This document shows positions 63,404-64,000 of a stretch of DNA of 64,000 bases, piece by piece; position 1 is the first letter of the stretch, and every line of letters begins with the position of its first letter. Location of the stretch: assembly GCF_054482525.1 (NCBI RefSeq), contig NZ_CM137006.1; one strand, given 5' to 3'. The translations under genes and the position numbers were made by a program. Below the pieces are notes generated by a model that did no database searches, was not told the DNA's origin, and was given only the letters and a program-made list of their open reading frames with translations.

Positions 63404-63434
63404 GGCATTTCATTCCGTTCTGATGGCATTTCAT
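63404..63434 (+). promoter_or_regulatory. Direct repeats GGCATTTCAT-N11-GGCATTTCAT in the yhjX promoter (YpdB-type response-regulator site)
   Basis: Two exact 10-bp direct repeats at 63404..63413 and 63425..63434, about 85-115 bp upstream of the yhjX start; matches the recalled YpdB binding motif. Confidence 0.6.
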
Positions 63435-63517
63435 GCCGTTTTTCCCCAGGCATAAAGTGCACTTCGTTATGGTTGTCGGCAGAGATTTTTCCTTTTTATT
63501 ACTGCAGGAATACTGCC

Positions 63518-64000
63518 ATGACACCTTCAAATTATCAGCGTACCCGCTGGCTGACACTCATCGGTACTATCATTACCCAGTTTGCCCTTGGGTCGGTTTA
63601 TACCTGGAGCCTGTTTAACGGCGCGCTTTCTGCCAAGCTGGATGCGCCGGTAAGCCAGGTCGCTTTCTCTTTCGGCTTGTTAAGTCTGGGGCTGGCAATT
63701 TCATCTTCTGTTGCGGGGAAATTACAGGAACGTTTTGGCGTTAAACGCGTCACTATGGCTTCCGGCATTTTGCTGGGATTAGGCTTCTTCCTGACAGCGC
63801 ATTCTGACAACCTGATGATGCTGTGGTTAAGCGCCGGTGTGCTGGTCGGTCTGGCGGATGGCGCGGGTTACCTGCTGACGCTCTCTAACTGCGTGAAGTG
63901 GTTCCCGGAGCGTAAAGGTCTGATCTCCGCGTTCGCTATCGGTTCTTATGGTCTGGGTAGCCTGGGTTTCAAATTTATCGACACGCAGCTGCTGGAAACG
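63518..64000 (+). CDS. yhjX: MFS transporter (oxalate/formate antiporter family), N-terminal part; continues past window end
   Basis: ATG at 63518; translation MTPSNYQRTRWLTLIGTIITQFALGSVYTWSLFNG... with successive TM helices. Confidence 0.88.
   Translation, partial: MTPSNYQRTRWLTLIGTIITQFALGSVYTWSLFNGALSAKLDAPVSQVAFSFGLLSLGLAISSSVAGKLQERFGVKRVTMASGILLGLGFFLTAHSDNLMMLWLSAGVLVGLADGAGYLLTLSNCVKWFPERKGLISAFAIGSYGLGSLGFKFIDTQLLET

Overview
This 64-kb window is Escherichia coli-type chromosome, collinear in reverse orientation with the K-12 mtlA / rhsA / selAB / aldB / sgb-yia / xyl / glyQS / cspA / bisC / yhjX region. Almost every long ORF is a recognisable core gene; gene names are assigned from recalled protein sequences, not from a database search. 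Many ORF-track entries carry N-terminal extensions from alternative start codons, so I trimmed starts where the known N-terminus and an RBS are visible. Two segments are accessory. (1) About 2.3-8.1 kb, the 3' flank of rhsA: a variant RhsA C-terminal tip with an overlapping secreted immunity-like gene, a string of orphan immunity-like genes, decayed gene remnants, a short Rhs-core scar, an orphan Rhs C-terminal fragment with its own immunity-like gene, and an H-repeat (ISAs1-like) transposase remnant. (2) About 19.55-26.2 kb: where I recall K-12 having yiaT-yiaU-yiaV-yiaW, there is instead an AT-rich block with an uncharacterised 359-aa PD-(D/E)xK nuclease-fold protein, a hicAB toxin-antitoxin pair, and a GH127 glycosidase / GPH symporter / AraC regulator locus. 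I found no rRNA, tRNA, CRISPR array or intact insertion sequence. The best candidate for an undescribed system is the 359-aa nuclease-like gene beside hicAB (candidate defence or abortive-infection gene); second is the rhsA-associated toxin/immunity array with secreted immunity proteins.
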